From contig SCTG01000102.1 in assembly GCA_004298335.1 (NCBI GenBank), forward strand, positions 21,413-85,412: DNA of 64,000 nt, given 5' to 3'. Under the pieces are notes generated by a model. The model saw only the letters and a list, made by a program, of their open reading frames with translations, did not search any database and was not told where the DNA came from. Position numbers and translations under genes: made by a program. The number at the start of each line of letters is the position of its first letter. Position 1 is the stretch's first letter. Source of the stretch: Nitrospirota bacterium (GTDB lineage Bacteria > Nitrospirota > Nitrospiria > Nitrospirales > NS-4). Below are positions 45,063 to 54,450 of this stretch, in pieces.

Positions 45063-45866
45063 ATGAACGTTCTCTTTTTCGAGATCACCCTCCTTTTTTA
45101 TTTTTTGGGCACCACTCTGTTTTTAATCCACTTGGCCGGGCGGTGGGAGAAGGGCGCGCAGTTTTCATTCGCCGTGGCGGGGATCGGGTTCTGCTTTCAC
45201 ACGCTCGCGCTGGTCTCACGGATGATCGAAGGGGGGCACATTCCACTGACGTCGATGCACGAAGCGCTGTCCTTTTTTTCCTGGGCGCTGGTCCTGGTGT
45301 TCCTGGTCGTCGAACTCCGCTACCGTGTGCATATCCTGGGCTCGTTCATCCTGCCGTTGGCCTTCATCTCATTGATTTCGGCCGCCGCCCTGCCCAAGGA
45401 AATCAGGGCGCTGGAGCCGATCTTCCGTAACGTCTGGATGCACGTCACGCTGTCCCTGCTAGGCACCGTCGCGTTTGCGGTCGCCTTCATTGCCGGATTG
45501 ATGTATCTGATCCAGGAACACATGCTCAAATCCAAGCATCTGGACGGCCTGTATCGCAAACTGCCGGCGCTGGATTTCCTCGATGAACTCAACGGCAGGG
45601 CCATTTCCTTCGGGTTCCCGCTGCTCACCCTCGGGATCATCACGGGCGCGCTGTTCGCAGAGTTCGCGAGGGGATCATTTTTGAACTGGAACGCCGAGCA
45701 GATCGGCGCGCTGGGAACCTGGCTTTTCTACCTGATCGTGCTGCTGGGCCGCGTGACGGTCGGCTGGCGCGCGAAAAAAGCCGCCTATCTGACGGTCGTC
45801 GGGTTTGCGGGAGTGGTCTTTACCCTGGTGGGTGTCATTCTGAAAGGGCAGCATCCCTTTGCGTGA
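45063..45866 (+). CDS. cytochrome c assembly family protein (CcsA/HemX-like) upstream of hemA
   Basis: 267 aa polytopic membrane protein with a W-rich segment (GSFLNWNAEQIGALGTWLFY). Position is analogous to hemX in hemAXCDBL-type clusters. Confidence 0.7.
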   Translation: MNVLFFEITLLFYFLGTTLFLIHLAGRWEKGAQFSFAVAGIGFCFHTLALVSRMIEGGHIPLTSMHEALSFFSWALVLVFLVVELRYRVHILGSFILPLAFISLISAAALPKEIRALEPIFRNVWMHVTLSLLGTVAFAVAFIAGLMYLIQEHMLKSKHLDGLYRKLPALDFLDELNGRAISFGFPLLTLGIITGALFAEFARGSFLNWNAEQIGALGTWLFYLIVLLGRVTVGWRAKKAAYLTVVGFAGVVFTLVGVILKGQHPFA

Positions 45867-45869
45867 GCC

Positions 45870-47186
45870 ATGAACATCATTGCGATCGGATTGAACCATC
45901 GAACGACGCCGGTCGAACTGCGGGAGCGGCTGGCCGTGACGGAGACCCGCCTGCCCGAAGCGTTGGCGCGCCTGAAGCGGTGGCCGGGGATCGACGAAGG
46001 GGTCATTCTTTCCACCTGCAACCGCGTTGAGCTGTACGCCGTGGTCAAGGACACGGAGCTTGGCCTGGAGTCCCTGCGCGAGTATATGGTGACGATCGCC
46101 GATGACGTCGGCCCCGAGCTGGTGGAGCCCCACCTCTATCGGCTGGACGGGGCCGAAGCCGTCAGGCATCTCTTTCGTGTCGCGGCCAGCCTGGATTCCA
46201 TGGTCATCGGCGAGCCCCAGATCCTGGGCCAGGTCAAGGATGCGTTCGAAGCCGCGCTGGCCGGAAAGTCCACGGGCGTGGTGCTCAATAAGGTGCTCAA
46301 AAAAGCGATCTCGGTGGGCAAGCGGGTGCGGACCGAAACCGGGATCGCTGAGAACGCCGTGTCGGTCAGTTACGCGGCGGTCGAGCTGGCGAAGAAAATC
46401 TTCCAGAACCTGGCGGAGAAGACGGTCCTGCTGGTCGGCGCCGGAGAAATGGGCAAGCTGGCCGCGCGGCATCTCGTCAACGCGGGCGTGCGCCACGTGA
46501 TGATTACCAACCGGAACTACGACCGCGCGCTGGACGTCGCCAAGCGGTTCAACGCCCTGCCGGTGCCGTTCGATGAATTCCATCATGAAATGGCGGGCGC
46601 CGATATCGTCGTCTGCGCGACGGCCGCCGATTCGTTCGTGATCAATCCCGAAGACGTCCAGCGGGCGATTCACTCGCGCCGAAACCGCCCGATGTTCCTG
46701 ATCGACATTTCGGATCCGCGCAATATCGATCCGGCGGTGGGGGGCCTCGATAACGCGTATCTCTACAATATCGACGATCTTCAGGGACACGTGGACATGA
46801 ACGTGGAGCAACGGCTCCGGGAGGCTCTGAAGGCCGAGGACATCGTCAGGGCGGAAGTCCCTTCCGTCGTCATGTGGCTGAAGTCGCTGGAGGTCGTGCC
46901 GACGATCGTGGCGTTGCGACGCAAGGCCGACGAGATCCAGCGGGCCGAAATCGACCGGATCCTGGCCAAGCTCGGTTCGCTGTCTCCCCGGCAGCGCGAG
47001 CTGGTGGAAGAGCTGGCATTGGCGATCACGAACAAACTCTTGCACAGCCCGTTGATCGCGCTGAAGGCCGAGGCGGATTCCCCGAACGGGTCGCTCTTCG
47101 CGGAAACGACGCAGCGCTTGTTCGACCTCGAGAAGGAACTGGAACGCGCTTCCAAGGAACCGCCTTCCGGGCAGGAGCGAGGATGA
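45870..47186 (+). CDS. hemA: glutamyl-tRNA reductase
   Basis: GLNHRTTPVELRE, LSTCNRVELY active-site Cys and GAGEMG NADPH motif. Confidence 0.9.
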   Translation: MNIIAIGLNHRTTPVELRERLAVTETRLPEALARLKRWPGIDEGVILSTCNRVELYAVVKDTELGLESLREYMVTIADDVGPELVEPHLYRLDGAEAVRHLFRVAASLDSMVIGEPQILGQVKDAFEAALAGKSTGVVLNKVLKKAISVGKRVRTETGIAENAVSVSYAAVELAKKIFQNLAEKTVLLVGAGEMGKLAARHLVNAGVRHVMITNRNYDRALDVAKRFNALPVPFDEFHHEMAGADIVVCATAADSFVINPEDVQRAIHSRRNRPMFLIDISDPRNIDPAVGGLDNAYLYNIDDLQGHVDMNVEQRLREALKAEDIVRAEVPSVVMWLKSLEVVPTIVALRRKADEIQRAEIDRILAKLGSLSPRQRELVEELALAITNKLLHSPLIALKAEADSPNGSLFAETTQRLFDLEKELERASKEPPSGQERG

Positions 47187-47458
47187 GCCAGGCGGCCAGC
47201 CCCCAGGTCTTTACCTGCCCGCGTTGCAAGGAGACGTATTGGGGCGGGGCGAATGACGTGCTGCCCGATTGCCCACGCTGCGGATACGATTATCGCAAGC
47301 GGGAGGGGTTCAGGCTCGATCTGCTGTTCCTGATGGTTTTGATCATGGCGATGTTCGGCTTTCTTCTGTTGACATCGACCTATAAGAGCGGGAGCGCGGG
47401 GTCTTCAACGCCTCAGGCGGTCCACGGGGACATCCCCGAGAAACTGCCGGGGCGGTAG
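47183..47458 (+). CDS. zinc-ribbon membrane micro-protein (91 aa), hypothetical
   Basis: ATG overlaps the hemA stop (ATGA). CPRC-x16-CPRC ribbon, then TM helix LLFLMVLIMAMFGFLLL. It is part of a longer track ORF (46874..47458) whose 5' part overlaps hemA. Confidence 0.5.
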   Translation: MSQAASPQVFTCPRCKETYWGGANDVLPDCPRCGYDYRKREGFRLDLLFLMVLIMAMFGFLLLTSTYKSGSAGSSTPQAVHGDIPEKLPGR

Positions 47459-47535
47459 CGGGTGCGGGAGGGGCGCGGGTACCCGCTCCTGCGGGTGGTG
47501 GGCCTCCTCCCGCTGTCGAGGAGTATGTCGAAGGC

Positions 47536-48477
47536 ATGAAACAGGCGGTCCGCGAACTGGTCATCGGCACGCGTGGGAGCAAGCTTGCCCTGTGGCAGGC
47601 CGAATGGGTGCACGCGCGGCTACACGAGCTGGAGCCGGGTCTTCCGGTGTCGCTCAAGCGGATTAAAACGACCGGAGACAAGATCCTCGATACGCCGCTG
47701 GCCGCCATCGGCGGCAAGGGGCTGTTCGTCAAGGAAATCGAGGACGCGCTTCTGCGAGGCGAGATCGATCTGGCCGTGCACAGCATGAAGGACGTCCCGA
47801 CGCATCTGCCTGCGGGGCTTGCGATTCTCTCCATGCCCGAACGGGAGGACCCGCGGGACGCTCTCATCAGCCGGGACGGGGCGACACTGGCCCGGTTGAA
47901 GACAGGGGCGCGCATCGGGACCAGCAGTTTGCGGCGGCAAGCGCAACTTCTCAATGTCCGCCCCGACCTGTCCATCCATATCCTGCGCGGCAATCTGGAC
48001 ACCAGGCTCCGCAAGCTCGAGGCGGGCGAGTATGACGGGATCATTCTGGCGGCCGCGGGCCTGCGCCGGCTCGGCTGGACCGATCGGATCACGGAGTATC
48101 TTGCCCCCGATGTCTGCCTGCCGGCCATCGGCCAGGGCGCGCTTGCGCTCGAAGGCCGTTCGGACGATACCTTCGTGCGGGATGTGGCCGCGCGCCTGGA
48201 GCATCGTCCGACCCGGATCGCCGTGACGGCCGAGCGCGCGCTGCTCGAACGGCTGGAAGGCGGATGTCAGGTGCCCATCGCGGCGCATGCCACGATTCTG
48301 GGCGAGTCGTTGTCCATGACCGCGCTGGTAGCCGGAGTCAATGGGCGGCGCCTGGTTCGTGATTCGATCCAAGGCTCTGTCACGGAGGCCCATAGCCTGG
48401 GCATCCGGCTGGCCGAGCGCTTGCTCGAACGTGGAGGCGACGAGATTCTGAAAGAAATTTACGGGACGGCGCCATGA
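47536..48477 (+). CDS. hemC: porphobilinogen deaminase (hydroxymethylbilane synthase)
   Basis: IGTRGSKLALWQA..V...L, TTGDK and LEGGCQVPI motifs. Confidence 0.9.
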   Translation: MKQAVRELVIGTRGSKLALWQAEWVHARLHELEPGLPVSLKRIKTTGDKILDTPLAAIGGKGLFVKEIEDALLRGEIDLAVHSMKDVPTHLPAGLAILSMPEREDPRDALISRDGATLARLKTGARIGTSSLRRQAQLLNVRPDLSIHILRGNLDTRLRKLEAGEYDGIILAAAGLRRLGWTDRITEYLAPDVCLPAIGQGALALEGRSDDTFVRDVAARLEHRPTRIAVTAERALLERLEGGCQVPIAAHATILGESLSMTALVAGVNGRRLVRDSIQGSVTEAHSLGIRLAERLLERGGDEILKEIYGTAP

Positions 48478-50012
48478 AGACGGGCAAAGTCTATCTCGTA
48501 GGAGCGGGGCCTGGAGATCCGAAGCTGCTGACCCTTCGGGGCAAAGAATGTCTGGAACAGGCCGATGTGGTGCTCTATGACTATTTGGCCAATCCTGCCC
48601 TCCTGGAGCATGTGCGTCCGCAGGCGGAGCGCATCTATGTGGGACGTCGGGGGCGCGGGGAGTATGGCGACCAGGCGGAGATCAACCGCGTGATGATCGA
48701 ACAGGCGCGCGCCGGCAAGGTCGTGGTCAGGCTTAAGGGCGGCGATCCCTTTGTGTTCGGCCGGGGCGGGGAAGAAGCCGAGGCGGTCGCCGAGGCCGGG
48801 ATTTCCTTCGAAGTCGTTCCGGGTGTCACGGCGGCCGTCGCCGCTCCTGCATATGCCGGCATTCCGGTCACCCACCGCACGCTGGCCTCCAGCGTGGCGT
48901 TGGTTACCGGCCATGAGGATCCGCTGAAGCCGTCGCCGACGGTCGAATGGGACCGGCTGGCTTCGACGACCGGAACGGTCGTGTTCATGATGGGCATGAA
49001 GAATCTGCCCTCCATCGTGGCGCATCTCACGGCCTCCGGCCGTCCGGCCAGCACGCCGGTGGCGTTGATCCGGTGGGGGACGCGGGCCGAACAGCAGACC
49101 ATTGTCGGCACGTTGGCCGATATCGTCGCGAAGGCGGAGGCGGCGAAACTGGAGCCGCCCACTGTCATCGTCGTGGGCGAGGTCGTGCGGTTGCGCGAGA
49201 AGCTCAACTGGTTCGAATCCCGCCCGCTGTTCGGGACGACGGTCCTCGTGACCCGTCCCCGTGAGCAGGCGGCTGAGTTCGCCGATCTCCTGACGGCCCA
49301 CGGCGCCCACGTGATCGCCTTTCCGACAATTGCCGTTGTTCCGCCTGCGGACTGGAGCGCGCTCGATCGGGCCATTGCCGATCTCGCCGGCTACGACTGG
49401 CTGATCTTCACCAGCGTCAACGGCGTGCGGTTCTTTTTCGAGCGCCTGCGGATTCTGGGGCGCGATGCCCGGGCGCTGGGACGCGCGCGTCTGTGCGCGA
49501 TCGGCCCGCGGACGGCCGAGGCCCTGGCCGGAGCCGGCTTCACGGCCGATCTGGTGCCGGCCGAGTACCAGGCGGAAGGCCTCATCGAGGCGTTCAAAAA
49601 AGAGCGGCTCCAGGGCGTCCGCGTGCTGATCCCGCGGGCCGAGGTCGCCCGCGATCTCCTGCCGGACGAGCTCAAGGCCAGAGGGGCGGATGTCACGGTG
49701 GCGGCGGCCTACCGGACGATCCGTCCGGAAGCGGATGCGGAGACGATCAAGGAGCGGCTCCGCCGGAAGGAAGTCGGCGTGGTCACGTTCACGAGTTCCT
49801 CCTCCGTGCGGAACTACGTCGAACTGTTCGCCGATCAGAGCGAGGCGTGCGCCTTGACGGCGAACGCGACGGTGGCCTGCATCGGGCCCATCACGGCGGA
49901 CACGGCGGCATCCTATGGGCTGAAGGTCGCCATCCGGGCGAAGGAAAATACCATTCCGGCCTTGGCGGAGGCCATTGTCGGGCATTGCGCGCATTCATCG
50001 TGCGACGCGTAA
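48474..50012 (+). CDS. cobA: fused uroporphyrinogen-III C-methyltransferase / uroporphyrinogen-III synthase
   Basis: N-terminal half carries VYLVGAGPGDP.LLT.....L..ADVV.YD and GGDPFVFGRG (SUMT). The C-terminal half is HemD-like. Confidence 0.85.
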   Translation: MKTGKVYLVGAGPGDPKLLTLRGKECLEQADVVLYDYLANPALLEHVRPQAERIYVGRRGRGEYGDQAEINRVMIEQARAGKVVVRLKGGDPFVFGRGGEEAEAVAEAGISFEVVPGVTAAVAAPAYAGIPVTHRTLASSVALVTGHEDPLKPSPTVEWDRLASTTGTVVFMMGMKNLPSIVAHLTASGRPASTPVALIRWGTRAEQQTIVGTLADIVAKAEAAKLEPPTVIVVGEVVRLREKLNWFESRPLFGTTVLVTRPREQAAEFADLLTAHGAHVIAFPTIAVVPPADWSALDRAIADLAGYDWLIFTSVNGVRFFFERLRILGRDARALGRARLCAIGPRTAEALAGAGFTADLVPAEYQAEGLIEAFKKERLQGVRVLIPRAEVARDLLPDELKARGADVTVAAAYRTIRPEADAETIKERLRRKEVGVVTFTSSSSVRNYVELFADQSEACALTANATVACIGPITADTAASYGLKVAIRAKENTIPALAEAIVGHCAHSSCDA

Positions 50013-50052
50013 TCATTCATGTCAACCGAACAAGACAAGGGGAGGGAGCAGC

Positions 50053-50445
50053 ATGGTGCCGGTTAAATCGGTCATGATCCCTGTGGAGAAGGTCCGTACG
50101 GTGGACCGGGATGCCACAATCAAGAGCGCGGCGGAACAGTTGCGGGATCGCAACATCGGCAGTCTGTTCGTCACGAAGGGGGGCGAGATCATCGGGATCT
50201 TCACCGATACGGATGTCGTCCGTCGGTGCGTGGCCGGCGGTCTCGACCCGAACAAAGCCACCGTCGAACAGGTCATGTCGGCGCCGGTGCTGATGATCGA
50301 CGAAAACAAGACGCTGCTGGACGCCAACGACCTGATGGCCAAGTCCCACGTGCGCCATCTGGGGGTGTCCCGCAGCGGCAAGCTTGTCGGCATGATCTCG
50401 GTCCGGGATTTGGTGGTCTTTCTGACCAACCTGCCTCGAAAGTAG
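50053..50445 (+). CDS. CBS-pair domain protein
   Basis: 130 aa with two CBS repeats (IGSLFV...GIFTDTDVV; [19 protein letters not shown]). ATG preceded by AAGGGGAGGGA. Confidence 0.8.
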   Translation: MVPVKSVMIPVEKVRTVDRDATIKSAAEQLRDRNIGSLFVTKGGEIIGIFTDTDVVRRCVAGGLDPNKATVEQVMSAPVLMIDENKTLLDANDLMAKSHVRHLGVSRSGKLVGMISVRDLVVFLTNLPRK

Positions 50446-50453
50446 GACGCGCG

Positions 50454-51428
50454 ATGCCGTTTCCTCAAGACCGCCTGCGCCGCCTTCGGGCGACCGAGGG
50501 GTTCCGCCGCATGGTGCGGGAGACGCGACTCTCCCCGGACAACCTGATCGCGCCGTTCTTCGTGGTGGAGGGGCGCGATGAGCGCCAGCCGATCGGGTCG
50601 ATGCCGGGCCAGTGGCGGCTGTCGGTGGATCATCTGATCAAGGACGCCGGCGAGGTGTATGCCCTGGGCGTGCCGGCCATCCTGTTGTTCGGAGTCCCCG
50701 CCAGGAAGGATGAGACGGGCAGCGAGGCCTGGACGCCCGACGGGATCGTGCCGCGGGCGATCCGTGCGGTGAAAGATCGGGTGCCCGACCTGGTCGTCAT
50801 CACCGACCTGTGCGTCGATGAGTATACGACGCACGGCCATTGCGGAATCGTGCAGGACGGACGGATCCTGAACGATGAGACCCTGGAATGTCTGCAGAAG
50901 ATGGCGCTGAGCCACGCCCGGGCGGGCGCCGACATGGTGGCGCCGTCGGACATGATGGATGGGCGGGTTGCCGCCATCCGCCGGGCGCTGGACGCCGAGG
51001 GCTTTTCCCAGGTGCCCATCATGGCCTATGCGGCCAAGTTCGCCTCCTGCTTTTACGCGCCGTTCCGGGAAGCCGCGGCGTCGAGCCCGCAATTCGGCGA
51101 CCGCCAGTCCTATCAGATGGATTCCGCCAACATTCGGGAAGCGCTTCGCGAGATCGAGCTGGACATCCAGGAGGGCGCCGACATCGTCATGGTCAAGCCC
51201 GCGCTGCCGTACCTTGACGTGATCCACGCGGCACGACGCGCCTTTGACCGGCCGGTCGCCGCCTACCAGGTGAGCGGGGAATACAGCATGATCAAGGCGG
51301 CGGCCCAGAACGGGTGGCTGGATGAACGCCGGGCCATGCTGGAGACCCTGGTGTCCATCCGGCGCGCGGGGGCCGATCTGATCCTCACCTATTACGCGAA
51401 GGAGGCCGCCCGGGCCTTGCACGGATGA
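50454..51428 (+). CDS. hemB: porphobilinogen synthase (delta-aminolevulinic acid dehydratase)
   Basis: RLRRLR....R.MV.ET.L...NLI.P.FV N-terminus, and the active-site region including [11 protein letters not shown]. Confidence 0.9.
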   Translation: MPFPQDRLRRLRATEGFRRMVRETRLSPDNLIAPFFVVEGRDERQPIGSMPGQWRLSVDHLIKDAGEVYALGVPAILLFGVPARKDETGSEAWTPDGIVPRAIRAVKDRVPDLVVITDLCVDEYTTHGHCGIVQDGRILNDETLECLQKMALSHARAGADMVAPSDMMDGRVAAIRRALDAEGFSQVPIMAYAAKFASCFYAPFREAAASSPQFGDRQSYQMDSANIREALREIELDIQEGADIVMVKPALPYLDVIHAARRAFDRPVAAYQVSGEYSMIKAAAQNGWLDERRAMLETLVSIRRAGADLILTYYAKEAARALHG

Positions 51429-52381
51429 GGGTACTGCAACGTCTCCAGGACTGCGCAGGACTGCCCGTTCCCGTCGTGACCATCGGCAACTTCGACGGGG
51501 TGCATGTGGGGCATCGGGCCGTGTTGCATCTGGCCTGCGGGCGCGTGCGCGCGCAATGCGGCACGGCCATCGTCCTGACGTTCGAACCGCATCCGCTGCG
51601 CGTATTGGCTCCAGGCGTGAAACTGAAGTTTCTCAGCGATCCCGAAGAAAAGCTGGCGCTGCTTGAGGAAGCCGGCGTGGATGTCGTGGTCCGTCTGCCC
51701 TTTACGCGCGACTTCGCGTCGCAGACACCGGAAGAGTTCATGGGCCAGGTCCTGCGGGACGGGTTGGGCACGCGTGAATTGTATGTGGGCCAGAATTTTC
51801 GATTTGGCAAGGAGCGGAGCGGCACCATTCAAATGCTGAGAGAGGCGGGTCCGAGGCTGGGCTTCACGGTCCATGCCATCTCGCCGGTGGTGGTGGACGG
51901 AACGCCTGTGAGCTCGACGCGGATCAGGAACCTGGTCCAGTCGGGGTCGATGGATGAGGCGGCGCTGTTGTTGGGGCGGCCCTACCAACTCAAGGGGACG
52001 GTTGTGCGGGGAAGCCGCCGGGGGGGCGAGTTGGGCTTCCCTACCGCCAATCTTCTGCCCCCGGCGGGCCGCGTGCTCCCCCCGGATGGCGTGTATGCGA
52101 CTCACCTCCGGATGGACACGCAGATGTGGGGCGCTGTGACGTACATCGGCATGCGCCCGACGTTCGGCACGGGCGAGCGCATCATTGAAACGTATCTACT
52201 GGAAGGCGATCATGATCTCTATGGGAGCGAGGTGGGGATCATGTTTCATGAGCGTCTGCGCGGGGACCAGGTTTTCGAATCGGCCGATGCGCTGGCACGG
52301 CAGATTGCGGCCGATGTCGATCGGGCGCGTGAGATCGTGCGCAGACTCTCCGGCGCGACGGCGCGTTCCATGTTATCGTGA
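51425..52381 (+). CDS. ribF: bifunctional riboflavin kinase / FAD synthetase
   Basis: [14 protein letters not shown]-adenylyltransferase motif and C-terminal GFPTAN...GVYA riboflavin kinase motif. ATG overlaps the hemB stop. Confidence 0.9.
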   Translation: MRVLQRLQDCAGLPVPVVTIGNFDGVHVGHRAVLHLACGRVRAQCGTAIVLTFEPHPLRVLAPGVKLKFLSDPEEKLALLEEAGVDVVVRLPFTRDFASQTPEEFMGQVLRDGLGTRELYVGQNFRFGKERSGTIQMLREAGPRLGFTVHAISPVVVDGTPVSSTRIRNLVQSGSMDEAALLLGRPYQLKGTVVRGSRRGGELGFPTANLLPPAGRVLPPDGVYATHLRMDTQMWGAVTYIGMRPTFGTGERIIETYLLEGDHDLYGSEVGIMFHERLRGDQVFESADALARQIAADVDRAREIVRRLSGATARSMLS

Positions 52382-52389
52382 GGAGCGCT

Positions 52390-53835
52390 ATGGATACTCT
52401 CCGCGACAGGGCTCTCCATCCCGTCCTCCGGCAGGTCGCGGAGGCCGCCCGGCGCAAGCGGCTGATTCAGCCCGGCGACCGTGTGCTTGTCGCCGTTTCG
52501 GGAGGGCCGGATTCCGTGTGTCTCCTGATGGCTCTTCATGAGATGCGCGAGCGGTCCCTGGCTCCGGGGACCGAGCTCCGTATCGCCCATGTCAATTACG
52601 GCCTGCGTGGAGAAGAGTCGGAGGGAGATGAAACCTTCGTTCGTGAACTAGGGAGGAGACTGGACGTGCCGGTGAGCTGCGAGCGGGTGCGTCCCATCCC
52701 CCAATCCGGAGGGACGCTCCAGAGCCGGGCGCGGGACGCACGGTATGCGTTTTTTGAACGCATGCTGCGGGAGCACCGGATGACGGCTGTGGCAACCGGC
52801 CATACTGCCGATGACCAGGCGGAAACCGTTCTGCTATGGCTGATGCGGGGGGCTGGAACGCGCGGCCTGGCCGGCATTCCAGTGAAACGTGAAGGGGATG
52901 TCATCAGGCCTCTGCTCGGCGTAACCAGGCAGCAGGTTCTGGATTATCTCGCATCGCGCGGGATGCCCTACCGTTCGGATTCCTCGAATGGCACTCCGGT
53001 GTACCGTCGGAATCGGATTCGTCAGGAAATTCTGCCGGCCTTGCGTGCCTTGAATCCACGCATTGTCGAGGCGCTGGCCCGCGGAGCCGACATTCTGTCG
53101 GCTGATGCCGTGGTGTTGCATGAGATCGAACAGGAACGGTGGAGGGCTATCGCGAAGGATGCCTCTCCGGGGCACGTTGTCCTCGACGCCGACCGGTTGG
53201 CCGCTGAGCCGTTGGGCTTGCAACGTCGGTTGGTCAGGCGGGCGCTGGCTGCGGCGCGGGGAGGTGGGGAGGGACTGACCTTCCGCCATGTGAGCGATAT
53301 CCTTGAGCGTGTTCTGAAAGGAACTCGTGGAGCGGGGCTGAACCTTCCCGGCGGTCTCCGGGTGGAGCGCGACCGTGATCGCATCGTGATGGCGTACAGC
53401 GCGCGACAAGAGGCAAACGTTTTTCTGACGCAGTTGGCGGCCGGTATCCCGTTGCCGGTTCCCGGAGAAGCCAGGATCGGCGGCGGCCTGCGGTTGCTGA
53501 CGGTCGAAGGGAAGCACGGCTCCCCTGATGGCCGGACTGCGTTCGCGGTTGACAGTGACCGACTCGGAGGTCCGCTGACCGTCAGGACCTGGAGGCGCGG
53601 AGACTGGTTTTGCCCGTTCGGCATGGGTGGGCGCCGGAAGAAGCTGCAGGATTTCTTCGTGGATCGGAAGGTTGACCGGAAGCTGCGGGGTGTCATTCCC
53701 CTGGTGGTCGCTCCGGCCGGGATCGTGTGGGTGGCCGGCTATCGTGGAGACGAACGGTTCGCGGCGGGGCCTGCGACCGTCCATCCTGTGACGCTTTCAA
53801 TCGCTCCGCCCGTTGTAATGGAGGACGACGACTAG
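52390..53835 (+). CDS. tilS: tRNA(Ile)-lysidine synthetase
   Basis: VAVSGGPDSV PP-loop motif. ATG 52390 preceded by GAGGAG. GTG 52378 is an alternative start. Confidence 0.85.
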   Translation: MDTLRDRALHPVLRQVAEAARRKRLIQPGDRVLVAVSGGPDSVCLLMALHEMRERSLAPGTELRIAHVNYGLRGEESEGDETFVRELGRRLDVPVSCERVRPIPQSGGTLQSRARDARYAFFERMLREHRMTAVATGHTADDQAETVLLWLMRGAGTRGLAGIPVKREGDVIRPLLGVTRQQVLDYLASRGMPYRSDSSNGTPVYRRNRIRQEILPALRALNPRIVEALARGADILSADAVVLHEIEQERWRAIAKDASPGHVVLDADRLAAEPLGLQRRLVRRALAAARGGGEGLTFRHVSDILERVLKGTRGAGLNLPGGLRVERDRDRIVMAYSARQEANVFLTQLAAGIPLPVPGEARIGGGLRLLTVEGKHGSPDGRTAFAVDSDRLGGPLTVRTWRRGDWFCPFGMGGRRKKLQDFFVDRKVDRKLRGVIPLVVAPAGIVWVAGYRGDERFAAGPATVHPVTLSIAPPVVMEDDD

Positions 53836-53836
53836 C

Positions 53837-54385
53837 ATGGACGGCATTTTCGGCAAACCCCTCGTGACCCAGGAAGAAATGCGGGCGCGCATTCGCGAAC
53901 TGGGGCGCCAGATCACCGCCGATTATGCGCAGAAGGATTTGATCATGATCGGGATTCTGAAGGGCGCCTACGCTTTCTATGCCGACCTCGCACGGGCCGT
54001 CCGTTTGCCGCTCAAGGTGGATTTTCTGGTCGTCTCCAGTTATGCCGGGAAAGCCAAGTCGTCCGGAAAGATCAAAGTCTTGACCGAACTGACCGAGGAC
54101 ATCGCTGGCCGGGATGTATTGCTGGTGGAGGACATTGTGGATTCAGGGTCCACCGTCCAGCACCTCAGGAAAACACTCGAGGCCAGGAAGCCGAAGTCGA
54201 TCAAGGTGTGTGCGCTGTTGAGCAAGCCGTCCCGCCGGAAGGTGGATGTCGCGGTGGACTATGTGGGCTTCAAGATTCCCAACAAGTTCGTCGTCGGGTA
54301 CGGGCTCGATTACCAGCAAAAATACCGGAATCTTCCGTATCTGGCAGTGCTGGACAAGGTTGATGAAGAAGGCGAGCCCGTCTGA
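53837..54385 (+). CDS. hpt: hypoxanthine phosphoribosyltransferase
   Basis: VLLVEDIVDSGST PRPP-binding motif, in tilS-hpt-ftsH synteny. Confidence 0.9.
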   Translation: MDGIFGKPLVTQEEMRARIRELGRQITADYAQKDLIMIGILKGAYAFYADLARAVRLPLKVDFLVVSSYAGKAKSSGKIKVLTELTEDIAGRDVLLVEDIVDSGSTVQHLRKTLEARKPKSIKVCALLSKPSRRKVDVAVDYVGFKIPNKFVVGYGLDYQQKYRNLPYLAVLDKVDEEGEPV

Positions 54386-54450
54386 GGCCACGCGTATTGT
54401 GTCCCTGCGGGAGGGTATGTTAGAATGAGCCACATTTTTGGGGGCCTGGG

